DNA of 44,123 nucleotides from an uncultured Streptomyces sp. (GCA_964625665.1 CAZVDN010000001.1:15082-59204); one strand, 5' to 3'. Shown: positions 29,570 through 41,763, numbered from the stretch's first letter. Notes: generated by a model not told the origin, from the sequence alone. Translations and numbers: made by a program.

Positions 29570-32500
29570 GTGACGCAGCCGCCCTGTGCCCAGGGATTGT
29601 ACGATCCCGCCAACGAACATGACGCCTGTGGCGTCGGTTTTGTCGCACACATCAAAGGCGCGAAATCACACGCCATCGTCGAACAGGGTCTGCAGATTCT
29701 GAAGAATCTCACCCACCGGGGCGCTGTAGGCGCCGATCCGCTGGCCGGCGACGGCGCAGGCATTTTGCTGCAGATCCCGGATGCATTTTTCCGCGAAGAA
29801 CTGGCAAAACAGGGCATAAAACTGCCGCCGGCCGGCCAATACGGCGTGGGCATGGTGTTTTTGCCGCAGGAACCCGCCTCGCGTTTTGCCTGCGAATACG
29901 AAATCGAGCGTTCGATCAAGGAAGAGGGCCAGACCCTGCTGGGCTGGCGCGATGTGCCGCGCGACAATAGCGGGCTGGGCGAATCCGTCAAAAAAATCGA
30001 ACCGGTCATCCGTCAAGTCTTCATCGGTCGCGGCCGCGGCGTCACGGTTACGGACGCTCTGGAACGCAAGCTCTACATCATTCGCAAGAGCTCAGGACAC
30101 GCAATCCAGGCATTGAATCTGGCGCACGGCAAGGAATTCTATGTGCCGTCGATGTCGGCACGCACCGTCGTTTACAAAGGCATGCTGCTGGCAGGACAGG
30201 TCGGGGCCTATTACAAAGACCTCCAGGATGAGCGGGTAGTTTCGGCCCTGGCGCTGGTACATCAACGTTTTTCCACGAACACGTTTCCGACGTGGGACTT
30301 GGCGCATCCGTTCCGTCTGGTCGCCCACAACGGCGAAATCAACACGCTGCGCGGCAACGTCAACTGGATCCGTGCGCGGCAAGGCGCTATTTCCAGCCCG
30401 ATCCTCGGCAAAGACCTCGAAAAACTGTGGCCGCTGATTTATGACGGCCAGTCCGATTCGGCGTCGTTCGATAACGCGCTGGAACTTCTTGTGATGGCGG
30501 GCTATTCGATTTCGCACGCGATGATGATGATGATTCCCGAGGCGTGGGAAAGCCACACGCTGATGGACGGAAACCGTCGCGCATTCTACGAATATCACGC
30601 GGCCATGATGGAACCGTGGGACGGCCCGGCGGCGATGGCATTCAGCGACGGCCGGCAGATCGGCGCGACGCTTGATCGCAACGGCCTGCGCCCGGCGCGT
30701 TACATCGTTACCGACGACGACCTGGTCATCATGGGCTCGGAATGCGGCTGCCTGCCGGTTCCCGAAGAGAAAATCGTCAAGAAATGGCGCCTGCAGCCGG
30801 GCAAGATGTTCCTCGTCGATCTTGAAAAGGGCCGCATCATCGACGACAAGGAACTGAAGGACACGCTCGCGGGCGCCAAGCCCTACGGTGAGTGGATCGA
30901 CCGCATTCGCGTCAAACTCGACGATGTCGAAAGCGACCGTCAGCAGCCTGACCGTTCGCCGGTGTCGCTGCTCGACCGGCAGCAGGCCTTCGGTTACACG
31001 CAGGAGGACCTCAAATTCCTGATGACGCCGATGGCGATGAATGGCGAAGAGGCCACCGGTTCGATGGGCAACGATTCGCCGCTGGCGGTTCTGTCCGACA
31101 AAAACAAGACGCTCTACCATTATTTCAAGCAGCTCTTTGCGCAGGTCACCAATCCGCCGATCGATCCGATTCGCGAAGAACTGGTGACGTCGCTGGTGTC
31201 GTTCATCGGGCCGAAACCGAATCTGCTCGGCATCGATGAACTGAATCCGCCGCTGCGTCTTGAAGTCAGCCAACCGGTCGTCGATTTTTTCGAAATGGAA
31301 AAAATCCGCCATATCGACCGCTATACCCAGGGCAAATTCAAGAGCTGCGAACTGGACATTTGCTACCCGGCCGCGTGGGGCAACCACGCCATTGAAGCGC
31401 GTCTTGCGTCGCTCTGCGCGCAAGCCGAAGACGCCGTCCGCAGCGGTTTTTCGATCGTCATCATTTCGGACCGCAAGGTCGATCGCGAACATGTGGCGAT
31501 TCCCGCGCTTTTGGCGCTGTCGGCCATTCACCAGCATCTGGTGGGCAAGGGCCTGCGCACATCCACCGGGCTGGTGGTTGAAACCGGTTCGGCGCGAGAA
31601 GTGCATCACTTTGCCCTGCTCGGCGGTTATGGTGCCGAGGCAGTCCATCCGTACGTCGCCATGGAAACGCTGCTCGACATGGGCAAACGCGGCCTTCTGG
31701 GCGCGGACTTCGACAGCAAGAAAACCATCAAGAATTTCGTCAAAGCCATCGGCAAAGGCCTGCGCAAGGTCATGTCGAAAATGGGCATCTCGACTTACAT
31801 GTCGTACACCGGCGCGCAGATTTTCGAAGCCGTCGGCCTGTCACGCGCGCTGATCGACAAATATTTCGCCGGCACCACGTCCAATGTCGAAGGCATCGGC
31901 GTTTTCGAAGTTGCGGAGGAGGCCCTGCGCGTCCATCGCGCGGCGTTCAGCAGCGATCCGGTCCTGGCCAACGCGCTGGAAGCCGGCGGCGAGTACGCAT
32001 TCCGCGTGCGCGGCGAAGAACACATGTGGACGCCGGACGCCATTGCCAAACTGCAGCAATCGACCCGCGGCAATTCCTTCGCGACCTACAAGGAATATGC
32101 GCAGATCATCGATGATCAGTCGCGGCGCCATATGACACTGCGCGGCCTGTTCGAATTCCGCCTCGACCGCTGCAAGCCCGTGCCGATCGAGGAAGTCGAA
32201 CCGGCGGCTGAAATCGTCAAGCGGTTCGCTACCGGCGCCATGTCGCTCGGCTCAATCTCGACCGAAGCCCACAGCAACCTCGCTATTGCGATGAACCGCA
32301 TCGGCGGCAAATCAAACACCGGTGAGGGCGGCGAAGACCGCAATCGCTACGCGACCGCGAAAGCCGGCGAAACGCTTGCATCAAGGCTCGGCAAGGATCG
32401 CATCGAGAGCGACATTGAGCTCAAAGAAGGCGATCTGCTGAAATCGAAGATCAAACAGGTCGCTTCTGGCCGCTTCGGCGTCACTGCCGAGTACCTCGCT

Positions 32501-34222
32501 TCGGCGGAACAGATTCAGATCAAGATGGCGCAGGGCGCGAAGCCCGGCGAAGGCGGGCAGTTGCCGGGCAAAAAAGTGTCCGAGTACATTGCCATGCTGC
32601 GTTACTCCACGCCCGGCGTGGAACTGATTTCGCCGCCGCCGCATCACGACATTTATTCGATCGAGGACCTGGCCCAGCTCATTCACGATCTGAAGAACGC
32701 CAATTCCAGCGCGTCGATCAGCGTAAAGCTGGTGTCGGAAATCGGCGTCGGCACGGTTGCCGCGGGCGTCACCAAGGCCAAAGCCGATCACGTCACGATC
32801 TCCGGCCATGATGGCGGCACCGGCGCTTCGCCCTGGTCGTCGATCAAACATGCCGGCACACCGTGGGAACTCGGCCTGGCCGAAACACAACAGACGCTGG
32901 TCCTGAACCGCCTGCGCGGCCGCATTGTCGTGCAGGCCGACGGCCAGATGAAAACAGGCCGCGATGTGGTCATCGGCGCGCTGCTCGGCGCCGACGAATT
33001 CGGCTTTGCCACTGCGCCGCTCGTCGTGTCGGGCTGCATCATGATGCGCAAATGCCATCTCAACACCTGTCCGGTCGGCGTCGCGACGCAGGACCCAGTG
33101 CTGCGCAAGAAATTCAGCGGCAAACCCGAGCATGTCATCAATTTCTTCTTCTTCGTCGCCGAAGAAGCACGCGCGCTGATGGCGCAACTCGGTATCCGCA
33201 AGTTCGATGACCTGATCGGCCGCTCCGATCTGCTCGACACCCGCAAGGGCATCGAACACTGGAAAGCGCGCGGCCTCGATTTCGCGCGCATTTTCCACCA
33301 GCCGCAAATCGGCGCCGAGGTCGCGCGTTACCACGTCGAAGGGCAGGATCACGGCCTCGACAAGGCAATCGATCACCGTTTGATCGAACTCGCCCAACCG
33401 GCGTTGACGCGCGGCGAGAAAGTCACAATCGAGATGCCTGTGCGCAACATCAACCGCACCGTTGGCACGATGTTGTCGGGCGAAATCGCCAAACGCTACG
33501 GTCATGCCGGATTGCCTGACGATACGATCCACGTTCGCTTTGCAGGCACCGCCGGACAGAGTTTCGGGGCGTTCCTCGCTCATGGCGTCACGCTCGATGT
33601 CATCGGCGACACCAACGATTATTGCGGCAAGGGCCTGTGCGGCGGCCAGATCACAGTCCAGCCGTCACCCAAGTTTCGCGGTGAATCGACGCAAAACATC
33701 ATTACCGGCAACGTCGCCCTCTATGGGGCAACCGGCGGCTCGGCATTTTTCAGAGGGGTGGCCGGCGAGCGCTTCGCCGTCCGGAATTCCGGCGCACAGG
33801 CTGTGGTCGAGGGGGTCGGCGATCACGGCTGCGAATACATGACGGGCGGCACCGTTGTTGTGCTGGGCAAGACCGGGCGCAACTTTGCCGCAGGCATGTC
33901 CGGCGGCATTGCCTACGTGCTCGATGAAGACGGCGAATTCGGCAAATATTGCAACCTCTCCATGGTCGATCTCGAACCGGTGTTGTCGGAACAGGAGCAG
34001 CCGGCGAAGGTGTCGCGCGATAACTGGCATATGGGTGAACTGGACGAAGTCCTGCTCAAGCGCATGATCGAAGAACATGTGCGCCGCACAGGCAGCGATC
34101 ACGCAAAGAAAATTCTCGACCAATGGCCGGCCTATCGCGCGCGTTTCATCAAGGTGTTCCCGAAAGAATACCGTCGAGCCCTGACCGAACTTGCCGCGCA
34201 TGGCAGCAAAGCGGCCGCCTGA
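29570..34222 (+). CDS. gltB: Glutamate synthase (NADPH) large subunit.
   Basis: 1550 aa. A short propeptide precedes the Ntn-amidotransferase Cys ([15 protein letters not shown]). The FMN domain has [16 protein letters not shown], the 3Fe-4S region has [15 protein letters not shown], and there is a C-terminal GXGXG beta-helix domain. The start is GTG 29570, with GAGG 6-9 nt upstream. Confidence 0.97.
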   Translation: MTQPPCAQGLYDPANEHDACGVGFVAHIKGAKSHAIVEQGLQILKNLTHRGAVGADPLAGDGAGILLQIPDAFFREELAKQGIKLPPAGQYGVGMVFLPQEPASRFACEYEIERSIKEEGQTLLGWRDVPRDNSGLGESVKKIEPVIRQVFIGRGRGVTVTDALERKLYIIRKSSGHAIQALNLAHGKEFYVPSMSARTVVYKGMLLAGQVGAYYKDLQDERVVSALALVHQRFSTNTFPTWDLAHPFRLVAHNGEINTLRGNVNWIRARQGAISSPILGKDLEKLWPLIYDGQSDSASFDNALELLVMAGYSISHAMMMMIPEAWESHTLMDGNRRAFYEYHAAMMEPWDGPAAMAFSDGRQIGATLDRNGLRPARYIVTDDDLVIMGSECGCLPVPEEKIVKKWRLQPGKMFLVDLEKGRIIDDKELKDTLAGAKPYGEWIDRIRVKLDDVESDRQQPDRSPVSLLDRQQAFGYTQEDLKFLMTPMAMNGEEATGSMGNDSPLAVLSDKNKTLYHYFKQLFAQVTNPPIDPIREELVTSLVSFIGPKPNLLGIDELNPPLRLEVSQPVVDFFEMEKIRHIDRYTQGKFKSCELDICYPAAWGNHAIEARLASLCAQAEDAVRSGFSIVIISDRKVDREHVAIPALLALSAIHQHLVGKGLRTSTGLVVETGSAREVHHFALLGGYGAEAVHPYVAMETLLDMGKRGLLGADFDSKKTIKNFVKAIGKGLRKVMSKMGISTYMSYTGAQIFEAVGLSRALIDKYFAGTTSNVEGIGVFEVAEEALRVHRAAFSSDPVLANALEAGGEYAFRVRGEEHMWTPDAIAKLQQSTRGNSFATYKEYAQIIDDQSRRHMTLRGLFEFRLDRCKPVPIEEVEPAAEIVKRFATGAMSLGSISTEAHSNLAIAMNRIGGKSNTGEGGEDRNRYATAKAGETLASRLGKDRIESDIELKEGDLLKSKIKQVASGRFGVTAEYLASAEQIQIKMAQGAKPGEGGQLPGKKVSEYIAMLRYSTPGVELISPPPHHDIYSIEDLAQLIHDLKNANSSASISVKLVSEIGVGTVAAGVTKAKADHVTISGHDGGTGASPWSSIKHAGTPWELGLAETQQTLVLNRLRGRIVVQADGQMKTGRDVVIGALLGADEFGFATAPLVVSGCIMMRKCHLNTCPVGVATQDPVLRKKFSGKPEHVINFFFFVAEEARALMAQLGIRKFDDLIGRSDLLDTRKGIEHWKARGLDFARIFHQPQIGAEVARYHVEGQDHGLDKAIDHRLIELAQPALTRGEKVTIEMPVRNINRTVGTMLSGEIAKRYGHAGLPDDTIHVRFAGTAGQSFGAFLAHGVTLDVIGDTNDYCGKGLCGGQITVQPSPKFRGESTQNIITGNVALYGATGGSAFFRGVAGERFAVRNSGAQAVVEGVGDHGCEYMTGGTVVVLGKTGRNFAAGMSGGIAYVLDEDGEFGKYCNLSMVDLEPVLSEQEQPAKVSRDNWHMGELDEVLLKRMIEEHVRRTGSDHAKKILDQWPAYRARFIKVFPKEYRRALTELAAHGSKAAA

Positions 34223-34247
34223 TACCACTATTTCCGGATACTAGACC

Positions 34248-35702
34248 ATGGGCAAAGCCACCGGCTTCCTCGAATACCAGCGCCTGCACGAGGCGAGCGA
34301 AGACAAAGAAGCGCGCAAAAAGCACTATCGCGAATTCGTCCTGCATCTGAGCGATGACGAGGCGAAGGTGCAGGGCGCCCGCTGCATGGATTGCGGCGTG
34401 CCGTTCTGCACAAACGGTTGCCCGGTCAACAACATCATTCCGGATTTCAACGACCTGGTTTACAAGCAGGATTGGAAAAACGCGCTCGAGACGCTGCACT
34501 CGACAAATAACTTTCCGGAATTTACCGGCCGCATCTGCCCGGCGCCGTGCGAAGAGGCTTGCACACTGCGCATCAACAACGACGCCGTCGGCATCAAGTC
34601 GATCGAGCACGCGATTATCGACAAGGGCTGGGAGCAGGGCTGGATCAAACCGCGGCCAGCCGCCGTAAAGACCGGCAAGCGCGTCGCTGTCGTCGGTTCC
34701 GGGCCCGCCGGGCTGGCCTGCGCGCAGCAACTGGCGCGCGCCGGTCACGGCGTAGTGGTCTTTGAAAAGAACGATCGCCCCGGTGGATTGTTGCGTTATG
34801 GCATTCCGGATTTCAAGCTCGAAAAATCAAACATTGACCGCCGTCTTGAGCAAATGCGCGCCGAGGGTGTCGAATTCCGCACCGGCCACGCCGTCGGCAA
34901 TGCGCCGGCGGGCGCGGGCAACGCCGCGCCCAAATCGCTGGCGCCGGCTTCGGTGGTCGGCGAATTCGACGCTGTGGTATTGGCCGGTGGCGCAGAGCAG
35001 CCGCGCGACCTTCCGGTCCCCGGACGCGAACTGTCGGGCGTCCACTTCGCCATGGAATTTTTGCCGTTGCAAAATCGCCGGGTCGCCGGCGACAAGACTA
35101 CCGAACTGTGGGCCAGCGGCAAACACGTCCTCGTCATCGGCGGCGGCGACACCGGCTCGGATTGCGTCGGCACTTCGAACCGGCACGGCGCGGCCAGCGT
35201 AACCCAAATTGAATTGCTGCCGATGCCGCCGGATCTGAAAAGCAATCCCGTCTGGCCGTATTGGCCGCAACGCCTGCGCACCTCGTCATCGCACGAAGAA
35301 GGCGCAACGCGCGACTGGTCGATTGCGACCAAGCGGTTTGAGGGCAAAAACGGCAAGGTTGAAAAAGCCATTCTAGTTCGCGTCGAATGGCAAAACGGCA
35401 AGATGCAGGAAGTCCCAGGCTCCGAATTCGCGCTGAGAGCCGACCTCGTGTTGCTCGCCATGGGCTTCGTCTCACCGGTTCAGTCGATGCTGGATGCATT
35501 CGGCGTCGAGCGCGATGCGCGCGGCAATGCCAAGGCCACTACCGAGGGTTCCTCAGCCTATTCGACCACCTTGCCGAAGGTGTTTGCCGCCGGCGACATG
35601 CGTCGCGGCCAATCGCTGGTGGTTTGGGCGATTCGCGAAGGACGTCAGTGCGCGCGTGCCGTCGATGAATTTTTGATGGGCTCGTCTGTTCTGCCACGCT
35701 GA
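34248..35702 (+). CDS. gltD: Glutamate synthase (NADPH) small subunit.
   Basis: 484 aa with N-terminal Fe-S cysteine clusters ([23 protein letters not shown]) and two dinucleotide-binding folds ([27 protein letters not shown]). It starts 25 nt after gltB. Confidence 0.96.
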   Translation: MGKATGFLEYQRLHEASEDKEARKKHYREFVLHLSDDEAKVQGARCMDCGVPFCTNGCPVNNIIPDFNDLVYKQDWKNALETLHSTNNFPEFTGRICPAPCEEACTLRINNDAVGIKSIEHAIIDKGWEQGWIKPRPAAVKTGKRVAVVGSGPAGLACAQQLARAGHGVVVFEKNDRPGGLLRYGIPDFKLEKSNIDRRLEQMRAEGVEFRTGHAVGNAPAGAGNAAPKSLAPASVVGEFDAVVLAGGAEQPRDLPVPGRELSGVHFAMEFLPLQNRRVAGDKTTELWASGKHVLVIGGGDTGSDCVGTSNRHGAASVTQIELLPMPPDLKSNPVWPYWPQRLRTSSSHEEGATRDWSIATKRFEGKNGKVEKAILVRVEWQNGKMQEVPGSEFALRADLVLLAMGFVSPVQSMLDAFGVERDARGNAKATTEGSSAYSTTLPKVFAAGDMRRGQSLVVWAIREGRQCARAVDEFLMGSSVLPR

Positions 35703-35772
35703 TTTCTGAATACCGCGCTCCATCCGGGGCGCGTTGCAACCTGCGGCACGCTGCAGCCTGGAAAATCCGCCG

Positions 35773-36831
35773 ATGACGCTTCAAAACGACACCATGATTC
35801 GCGCGTTATTGCGCGAACCCACCGCATATACCCCCGTCTGGTTGATGCGGCAGGCAGGGCGCTATCTGCCTGAATACAACCAGACGCGCACGCGCGCCGG
35901 CAGTTTTCTCGCGCTCTGCAAGAATCCGGATCTCGCGACCGAAGTCACGATGCAGCCGCTGGCGCGATATCGTCTGGATGCCGCCATCGTCTTTTCGGAT
36001 ATTTTGACCATTCCCGATGCGATGGGTCTGGGACTTTATTTTGCGGAAGGCGAAGGTCCCAAGTTCGAGCGTCCCTTGCGCGAAGAATGGGAAATCCGCG
36101 ATCTCAGTGCGCCGGATCCTGCCGACCACCTGCGTTATGTTCTGGATGCGGTGCGCCAATGCCGCCAGGCGTTGGCCGACAGCGTGCCGCTGATCGGATT
36201 TTCAGGCAGCCCGTTTACGCTCGCTTGTTACATGATCGAAGGCAAAGGCAGTTCGGACTTTGCTTCGGTCAAAAAAATGCTCTACCGCCGGCCGGATTTG
36301 CTGCACAGGATTCTGGCCGTCAATACAACGGCCGTGACCGACTATTTGAACGCGCAGATCGAGGCCGGCGCGCAAATCGTGATGATTTTCGATACCTGGG
36401 GCGGCATGCTGTCCCATGCGGCTTATCACGAATTCTCACTCCCCTACATGCAGAAGATCGTTGCCGGGCTGAAACGCGAACACGGCGGGCATCGCGTGCC
36501 CAGCATTATTTTTACCAAGGGCGGCGGCGGCTGGCTTGAAAGCATTGCCGCGTCCGGGTGCGACGGCGTGGGACTGGATTGGACCGTTGATATCGGCCTC
36601 GCCCGCGAACGCGTCGGCGCGCGTGTTGCGCTTCAGGGCAACATGGACCCTGCGGTCTTGTTGTCCTCACCGGAGGCCGTGCAGCGCGAAGCGGTGGCCG
36701 TGCTGAAGCGTTTTGGCCCGGGCCCGGGTCATGTGTTTAACCTAGGCCACGGCATTTCGCAATTCACGCCCCCCGAACACGTTTCGGCGCTAATCGAGGC
36801 GGTACGCGGGTTTGGCGACCGCAACGACTGA
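35773..36831 (+). CDS. hemE: Uroporphyrinogen decarboxylase.
   Basis: The [15 protein letters not shown] signature sits near the N-terminus when starting at ATG 35773; the track start at 35734 adds 13 unlikely residues. Other motifs are [14 protein letters not shown] and IFDTWGG. Confidence 0.95.
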   Translation: MTLQNDTMIRALLREPTAYTPVWLMRQAGRYLPEYNQTRTRAGSFLALCKNPDLATEVTMQPLARYRLDAAIVFSDILTIPDAMGLGLYFAEGEGPKFERPLREEWEIRDLSAPDPADHLRYVLDAVRQCRQALADSVPLIGFSGSPFTLACYMIEGKGSSDFASVKKMLYRRPDLLHRILAVNTTAVTDYLNAQIEAGAQIVMIFDTWGGMLSHAAYHEFSLPYMQKIVAGLKREHGGHRVPSIIFTKGGGGWLESIAASGCDGVGLDWTVDIGLARERVGARVALQGNMDPAVLLSSPEAVQREAVAVLKRFGPGPGHVFNLGHGISQFTPPEHVSALIEAVRGFGDRND

Positions 36832-36876
36832 AAACCCGCGCCAATACTGGCTTTGCGGGAAGCCCTGCCTGCAAAC

Positions 36877-36885
36877 TTATGCACA
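36877..36885 (+). promoter_or_regulatory. DnaA-box match TTATGCACA (fits TTATNCACA).
   Basis: Read directly from the sequence in the hemE-priA spacer. It has the same orientation as the second box. Confidence 0.45.
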
Positions 36886-37055
36886 GCAAGGGTTTACAGG
36901 GAGTGGGGCTTGATACAAACCCCGTCGAAGCGCCTGGCAATTTTTTAAGTCCTTGTATTTTATAATAAATATTGTTTTCGCCTTGATTCTGAACGTGATT
37001 TTTGCTGCACATGGCCGGACGAGCAACCACGCTGCCCGAAAATTAATCAACACAT

Positions 37056-37064
37056 TTATCCACA
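37056..37064 (+). promoter_or_regulatory. Perfect consensus DnaA box TTATCCACA.
   Basis: Read directly from the sequence, 107 nt upstream of the priA ATG. Its 3' half is part of the 14-bp palindrome CCACAGGCCTGTGG (37060-37073). Confidence 0.55.
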
Positions 37065-37170
37065 GGCCTGTGGGGCCGCAGAAAATTCCCATACGGGCGA
37101 TGAAGTTGTAAGCATTTTTGAGAATCTACGCGAGCGATTCCCCATAACTTTGCGTGTTGAGTGATCCGCC

Positions 37171-39348
37171 ATGAAATTCGCCCGCGTCGCACTCGACGTC
37201 CCGCTAGGCCGCCTTTTCGACTACCGCGCCGACACGGTTGATGCCGTTGATACTGGCAGCATCGTGCTGGTGCCATTCGGAAAAAAAATCGCTGTCGGTG
37301 TTGTGATGGAAATGGCGGATACCAGCAGCCTGGCGCCGTCTCGCCTGCGGAGCCTGCTGGATGTGCTGCGCGATCTGCCGCGTCTCCCGCCTGACGTTCT
37401 GGCAATACTTCAGTTCTGCAGCGATTATTACCGGCACCCGATTGGCGAAGTCGTGCTAAACGCCTTACCGACCCGGCTGCGGCGCCGAAACGCGATCAAG
37501 CCGCAGAGACGGTCCTATCGCCTGACGGCTGCCGGAATGCAGGTGGATCCGGAATCCCTCCCTGCGCGCGCGCGCGCGCAGCGAGACTTGCTTGCGCACC
37601 TGCGACGCAATCAAAACGGCATCGATGCCGCAGCGTTTCGCCGGCAATTCCCGCGCGCCGGTGCCGTGCTCAAAGAGCTGGTGCGCCGCGAATGGGTCGA
37701 GTCGCTAGCGGCAACGCCGGTGCCGACCACGCAACAAATTCTTCCCGGTCCTGCGTTAAACGATGCCCAGCAGATCGCGGTCGATGCCATTCGGCCAACC
37801 TTTGGCCGCTTTGCCCCTTACTTGCTGCACGGCATTACTGGCAGCGGAAAAACCGAGGTTTATCTCGAATTGATCGCTTCAGCCCTGCTGCGAAAGCAGC
37901 AGACACTTTTATTGGTGCCAGAGATCAACCTGACTCCGCAACTCGACGCGCGCATCCAATCACGATTTCCGGATACGCAAATAGTGAGGCTGAATAGCGC
38001 TTTGAACGAAAGCGAGCGCTTACAGAATTGGCTGGACGCACAGTCAGGCCGCGCCGGCATCATTCTCGGCACCCGGCTGGCCGTGTTTACGCCGCTGCCC
38101 GATCTGGGCCTGATCATCGTCGACGAAGAGCACGATGCGTCGTTCAAGCAAAGTGACGGGCTTCGCTATTCAGCGCGCGACATCGCCTTGCTGCGTGCAA
38201 AGCAGCGTTCCCTACCGATCGTCCTTGGCTCCGCGACGCCGGCCCTGGAAACCTATCATCAAGCACTGGGTGGCCGTTACTCGATGTTAACGCTTGCAAA
38301 CAGGCCGAAGGCGATGCCTCCTGACATTGCAACCATCGATGTTCGCGGTGAGACACTCATCGACGGCCTCTCGCAAGCAGCGCTGCATGCCATCAAGGAA
38401 AACACCGCACGCAAGGAACAAACCCTCGTCTACGTCAATCGTCGCGGTTACGCGCCGGTCCTGATTTGCCCGGGCTGTGGCTGGACCTCCGGCTGCCCGC
38501 GTTGTTCGGTAAAGCTGGTGGTACATCTCAAGAACCGCTTGATGTGCTGCCACCACTGCGGTCATCAGGAAAAAATTCCCGTGCACTGCCCGCAATGCGG
38601 GGGCGCCGAGCTGGCACCGCTCGGTCAGGGCACCCAACGGGTTGAAAGCGCGCTCGCGCGCATTTTTCCAGCGGCCCGCATCCTGCGCATCGATCGTGAC
38701 ACAACGCGCAAAAAGGACGCCTGGAACCAAATGCGCCGGCAAATTCATGAGGGCGAAGTCGATCTTCTGGTGGGCACGCAAATCCTGGCCAAAGGACATG
38801 ATTTCCCGGCGCTGACCCTGGTTTGCGTAATCAACGCCGATGCCTCGCTCTACAGCATGGATTACCGCGCCAGCGAGCGCCTGTTCGCCAACCTGATGCA
38901 AGTTTCGGGGCGCGCGGGACGCGCCGACAAACCCGGCAGGGTATTGATACAAACCGAGTTCCCGCAACATCCGCTGTATGTAGCCCTGCAGCGCCAGAAT
39001 TATGCGGATTTTGCGCAGACCGTCCTTGCCGAACGGCAACAGGCAGGGCTGCCTCCTTATACCTATCAGGCAATTTTGCGGGTCGAGGCACTCAAACTGG
39101 ATACCGCCATCGGCTTTTTGAGAAAAGCCGCGCGCTGTGCCGATACTTCGATCCCGGAAGTCACCGTGTTTGATCCGGTCCCCGCGCACATGACGCGGCT
39201 GGCCGGCAAAGAGCGCGCCCAGTTGACGGTGCAATCCCGGACGCGCGGCGCACTGCACCGGTTTATCGGCGATTGGGAACCGAAACTGGAAAAACTGGCG
39301 GAAACGAAAGTGCGCTGGGCGCTGGACATTGATCCTTTGGATTCCTGA
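37171..39348 (+). CDS. priA: Primosomal replication-restart helicase PriA.
   Basis: 725 aa with Walker A GITGSGKTEVY, DEEH box (IIVDEEHD), a Cys-rich zinc-binding insertion (CPGCG..CPRC..CHHCG..CPQCG) and QVSGRAGR (motif VI). Confidence 0.95.
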   Translation: MKFARVALDVPLGRLFDYRADTVDAVDTGSIVLVPFGKKIAVGVVMEMADTSSLAPSRLRSLLDVLRDLPRLPPDVLAILQFCSDYYRHPIGEVVLNALPTRLRRRNAIKPQRRSYRLTAAGMQVDPESLPARARAQRDLLAHLRRNQNGIDAAAFRRQFPRAGAVLKELVRREWVESLAATPVPTTQQILPGPALNDAQQIAVDAIRPTFGRFAPYLLHGITGSGKTEVYLELIASALLRKQQTLLLVPEINLTPQLDARIQSRFPDTQIVRLNSALNESERLQNWLDAQSGRAGIILGTRLAVFTPLPDLGLIIVDEEHDASFKQSDGLRYSARDIALLRAKQRSLPIVLGSATPALETYHQALGGRYSMLTLANRPKAMPPDIATIDVRGETLIDGLSQAALHAIKENTARKEQTLVYVNRRGYAPVLICPGCGWTSGCPRCSVKLVVHLKNRLMCCHHCGHQEKIPVHCPQCGGAELAPLGQGTQRVESALARIFPAARILRIDRDTTRKKDAWNQMRRQIHEGEVDLLVGTQILAKGHDFPALTLVCVINADASLYSMDYRASERLFANLMQVSGRAGRADKPGRVLIQTEFPQHPLYVALQRQNYADFAQTVLAERQQAGLPPYTYQAILRVEALKLDTAIGFLRKAARCADTSIPEVTVFDPVPAHMTRLAGKERAQLTVQSRTRGALHRFIGDWEPKLEKLAETKVRWALDIDPLDS

Positions 39349-39446
39349 ATCCGGCTTCACGGTAGCCACGCCCGAATGCACGCTGCGGCGGACCCGCGGT
39401 TGCTGCGTGTTAGAATTCGCCGCCTCTTCATTTACCCGCTCATTCA

Positions 39447-41132
39447 ATGAATTCCGTGGCAATTTCGGATCTGCGCGCACATCTGGCCCAATTGTTTCGT
39501 CAAGCTCTGGCCACCGTCGCGCCTGAGGCAGCAAACACCGAAATCATTCTCGAGCGGCCCAAACAGGCCCAACACGGCGATTACGCCTGCAATCTCGCTT
39601 TGCAATTAGCCAAAGCGCTCAAACGCAAGCCGCGCGATATCGCCACAGAATTGATCGGCGCTTTACCGGCTTCGCCCTATCTAGCCAAAACCGAGATCGC
39701 GGGCGCCGGTTTCATCAACTGCTTCTTCAAGCCCGAAGCGCATCAATCGACGGTGGCCCGCGTGCTGGCGGAAGGTGCTGCCTTCGGTCGTAGCGCCCGG
39801 GGCAACGGTGGCAAAGTACAAGTCGAATTCGTTTCCGCCAATCCGACCGGGCCGCTGCATGTCGGTCACGGCCGACAGGCCGCACTCGGCGACGCCATAG
39901 CTTCGCTGCTGGAAGCGCAGGGATTTTCGGTCACGCGCGAGTTTTACTACAACGACGCCGGCGTGCAGATCCAGAATCTGGCGCTTTCCGTGCAGGCGCG
40001 CGCGCGTGGCGTAAAGCCCGGCGATGCCGACTGGCCGGAAGCCGCCTATCAGGGCGAATATGTGCAGGACATCGCCGACGATTTTCTTGCCCGAAAATCC
40101 CTGCTTGCGTCCGATGGTTCCTCGATCATGGCAAACGGTGACGTCGCCGATCTGGAAAACATCCGCAAATTTGCTGTCGCCTATCTGCGCCGCGAACAGG
40201 ATGTCGATCTCGAAAAATTCGATGTCAAATTTGATGTCTATTACCTTGAGTCCAGCCTCTATTCGGATGGCCGTGTCGATGCCGTCGTAAAAGGCCTGGT
40301 TGCCAGCGGCAAAACCTATGAACAGGAAGGCGCCCTCTGGCTGCGCACGACCGACTTCGGCGACGACAAGGACCGTGTGGTCCGCAAGTCCGACAGGACC
40401 TATACCTATTTTGTGCCCGACGTCGCTTATCACGTCACAAAATGGGAACGCGGATTCAGAACCGTCATCAATGTGCAGGGCACCGACCACCACAGCACGA
40501 TTACGCGCGTGCGCGCGGGACTGCAGGCGCTCAACCTTGGCGTGCCCGCTGGCTACCCGGATTACGTATTGCACAGCATGGTCAAAGTCATGCGCGGCGG
40601 CGAAGAAGTCAAAATCTCCAAACGCGCGGGCTCTTATGTCACCGTGCGCGACCTGATTGAATGGGTGGGCCGCGATGCCGTGCGCTTCTTTCTGGTTTCG
40701 CGCCGCGCGGACTCGGAATTCGTGTTCGACATCGACCTTGCCCTGGCAAAAAGCGAGGACAACCCCGTCTATTACGTGCAGTATGCACATGCGCGCGTCT
40801 GCAGCGTGCTCGCGCAGTGGGGCGGCAATGAGGCGCAACTGGCCAATGCTTCGCTGGCCGCCCTGACGGAGGAACGTGAAATCGCGTTGATGAAACGGCT
40901 GGCAGAGTATCCGGAAATCATCGACCTCGCCGCGCGTGAATTTGCGCCGCACCAGGTCGCTTACTATCTGCGCGAACTCGCCGGCGAATTTCACGGTTAT
41001 TACAATTCGACGCGCTTCCTGGTTGATGACGAAGCCGTCAAGCAGGCGCGGCTGGCACTGGCGGTTGCGGCGCGCCAGGTACTGCGCAATGGACTTGAGT
41101 TGTTGGGTGTTTCGGCACCGGAAAAAATGTAA
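39447..41132 (+). CDS. argS: Arginine--tRNA ligase.
   Basis: 561 aa. It has a class-I HIGH-type motif ([14 protein letters not shown]), an Arg-tRNA-synthetase catalytic core, a DALR anticodon-binding domain ([13 protein letters not shown]) and the C-terminal GVSAPEKM. Confidence 0.96.
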   Translation: MNSVAISDLRAHLAQLFRQALATVAPEAANTEIILERPKQAQHGDYACNLALQLAKALKRKPRDIATELIGALPASPYLAKTEIAGAGFINCFFKPEAHQSTVARVLAEGAAFGRSARGNGGKVQVEFVSANPTGPLHVGHGRQAALGDAIASLLEAQGFSVTREFYYNDAGVQIQNLALSVQARARGVKPGDADWPEAAYQGEYVQDIADDFLARKSLLASDGSSIMANGDVADLENIRKFAVAYLRREQDVDLEKFDVKFDVYYLESSLYSDGRVDAVVKGLVASGKTYEQEGALWLRTTDFGDDKDRVVRKSDRTYTYFVPDVAYHVTKWERGFRTVINVQGTDHHSTITRVRAGLQALNLGVPAGYPDYVLHSMVKVMRGGEEVKISKRAGSYVTVRDLIEWVGRDAVRFFLVSRRADSEFVFDIDLALAKSEDNPVYYVQYAHARVCSVLAQWGGNEAQLANASLAALTEEREIALMKRLAEYPEIIDLAAREFAPHQVAYYLRELAGEFHGYYNSTRFLVDDEAVKQARLALAVAARQVLRNGLELLGVSAPEKM

Positions 41133-41141
41133 GATTCCGCC

Positions 41142-41747
41142 ATGAGCAAGGATTACAAAGGTTCCAATCGAAGCGCGCCGCCGAGCAAGGGCGGCGCCAG
41201 CTCGTTGATGACCGGCATATTGATCGGCCTCCTGCTCGGCTTGGGCATTTCTCTGGCGGTCGCGTGGTACATCAACAAGATGCCGACGCCATTCCAGCCG
41301 CGCACCAGCCAACCGGCCAAAGGCGAGCCGCAGAAGGCACCTGCCGAGAGCAGCGCAACGGACGAAAAAGCGGCCAAAGCCGACAGCAAACCGCGCTTCG
41401 ACTTTTACAAGATTCTGCCCGGCTCGGAAGAACCCGCAACCGACCAGCAATTCAAGGAAGCCCAGCAGAAGCCGCCGGCCCAGGCCAAGGAAGCTTTCTT
41501 TCTGCAGGCGGGCGCATTTCAAAATGCCCCCGATGCCGACAACCTGAAAGCGCGACTCGCGTTAATGGGTATGGAAGCCACCGTGCAAACCACGACGCTG
41601 CCGGACAAGGGGGTCTGGCATCGGGTGCGCGTGGGGCCTTATACCTCGGTTGACGACCTCAACCGCGCGCGCGACACTTTGAAACAAAGCGGCATCGATA
41701 CGACCCTGATTAAAGTCCGCGAAACACCGGCGTCGCCGGCAAAATAA
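41142..41747 (+). CDS. SPOR-domain (septal peptidoglycan-binding) membrane protein.
   Basis: A single TM segment (LMTGILIGLLLGLGISLAVAWYI), a low-complexity Pro/Lys/Ala linker and a C-terminal SPOR domain (FFLQAGAFQNAPDADNLKARLALMG...WHRVRVGPYTSVDDLNRARDTLKQSG). It lies downstream of argS, as in related proteobacteria. Confidence 0.85.
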   Translation: MSKDYKGSNRSAPPSKGGASSLMTGILIGLLLGLGISLAVAWYINKMPTPFQPRTSQPAKGEPQKAPAESSATDEKAAKADSKPRFDFYKILPGSEEPATDQQFKEAQQKPPAQAKEAFFLQAGAFQNAPDADNLKARLALMGMEATVQTTTLPDKGVWHRVRVGPYTSVDDLNRARDTLKQSGIDTTLIKVRETPASPAK

Positions 41748-41763
41748 CCTGATGGGGGATTGC

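Noticed and set aside
36832-37170. Calling the hemE-priA spacer the chromosomal origin (oriC).
   Set aside because: There are only two DnaA-box matches and no clear repeated AT-rich 13-mer-type unwinding elements. The 16 kb of genes to the left are on the plus strand, head-on to a leftward fork. It is kept as a DnaA-binding candidate in the findings, not annotated as oriC.
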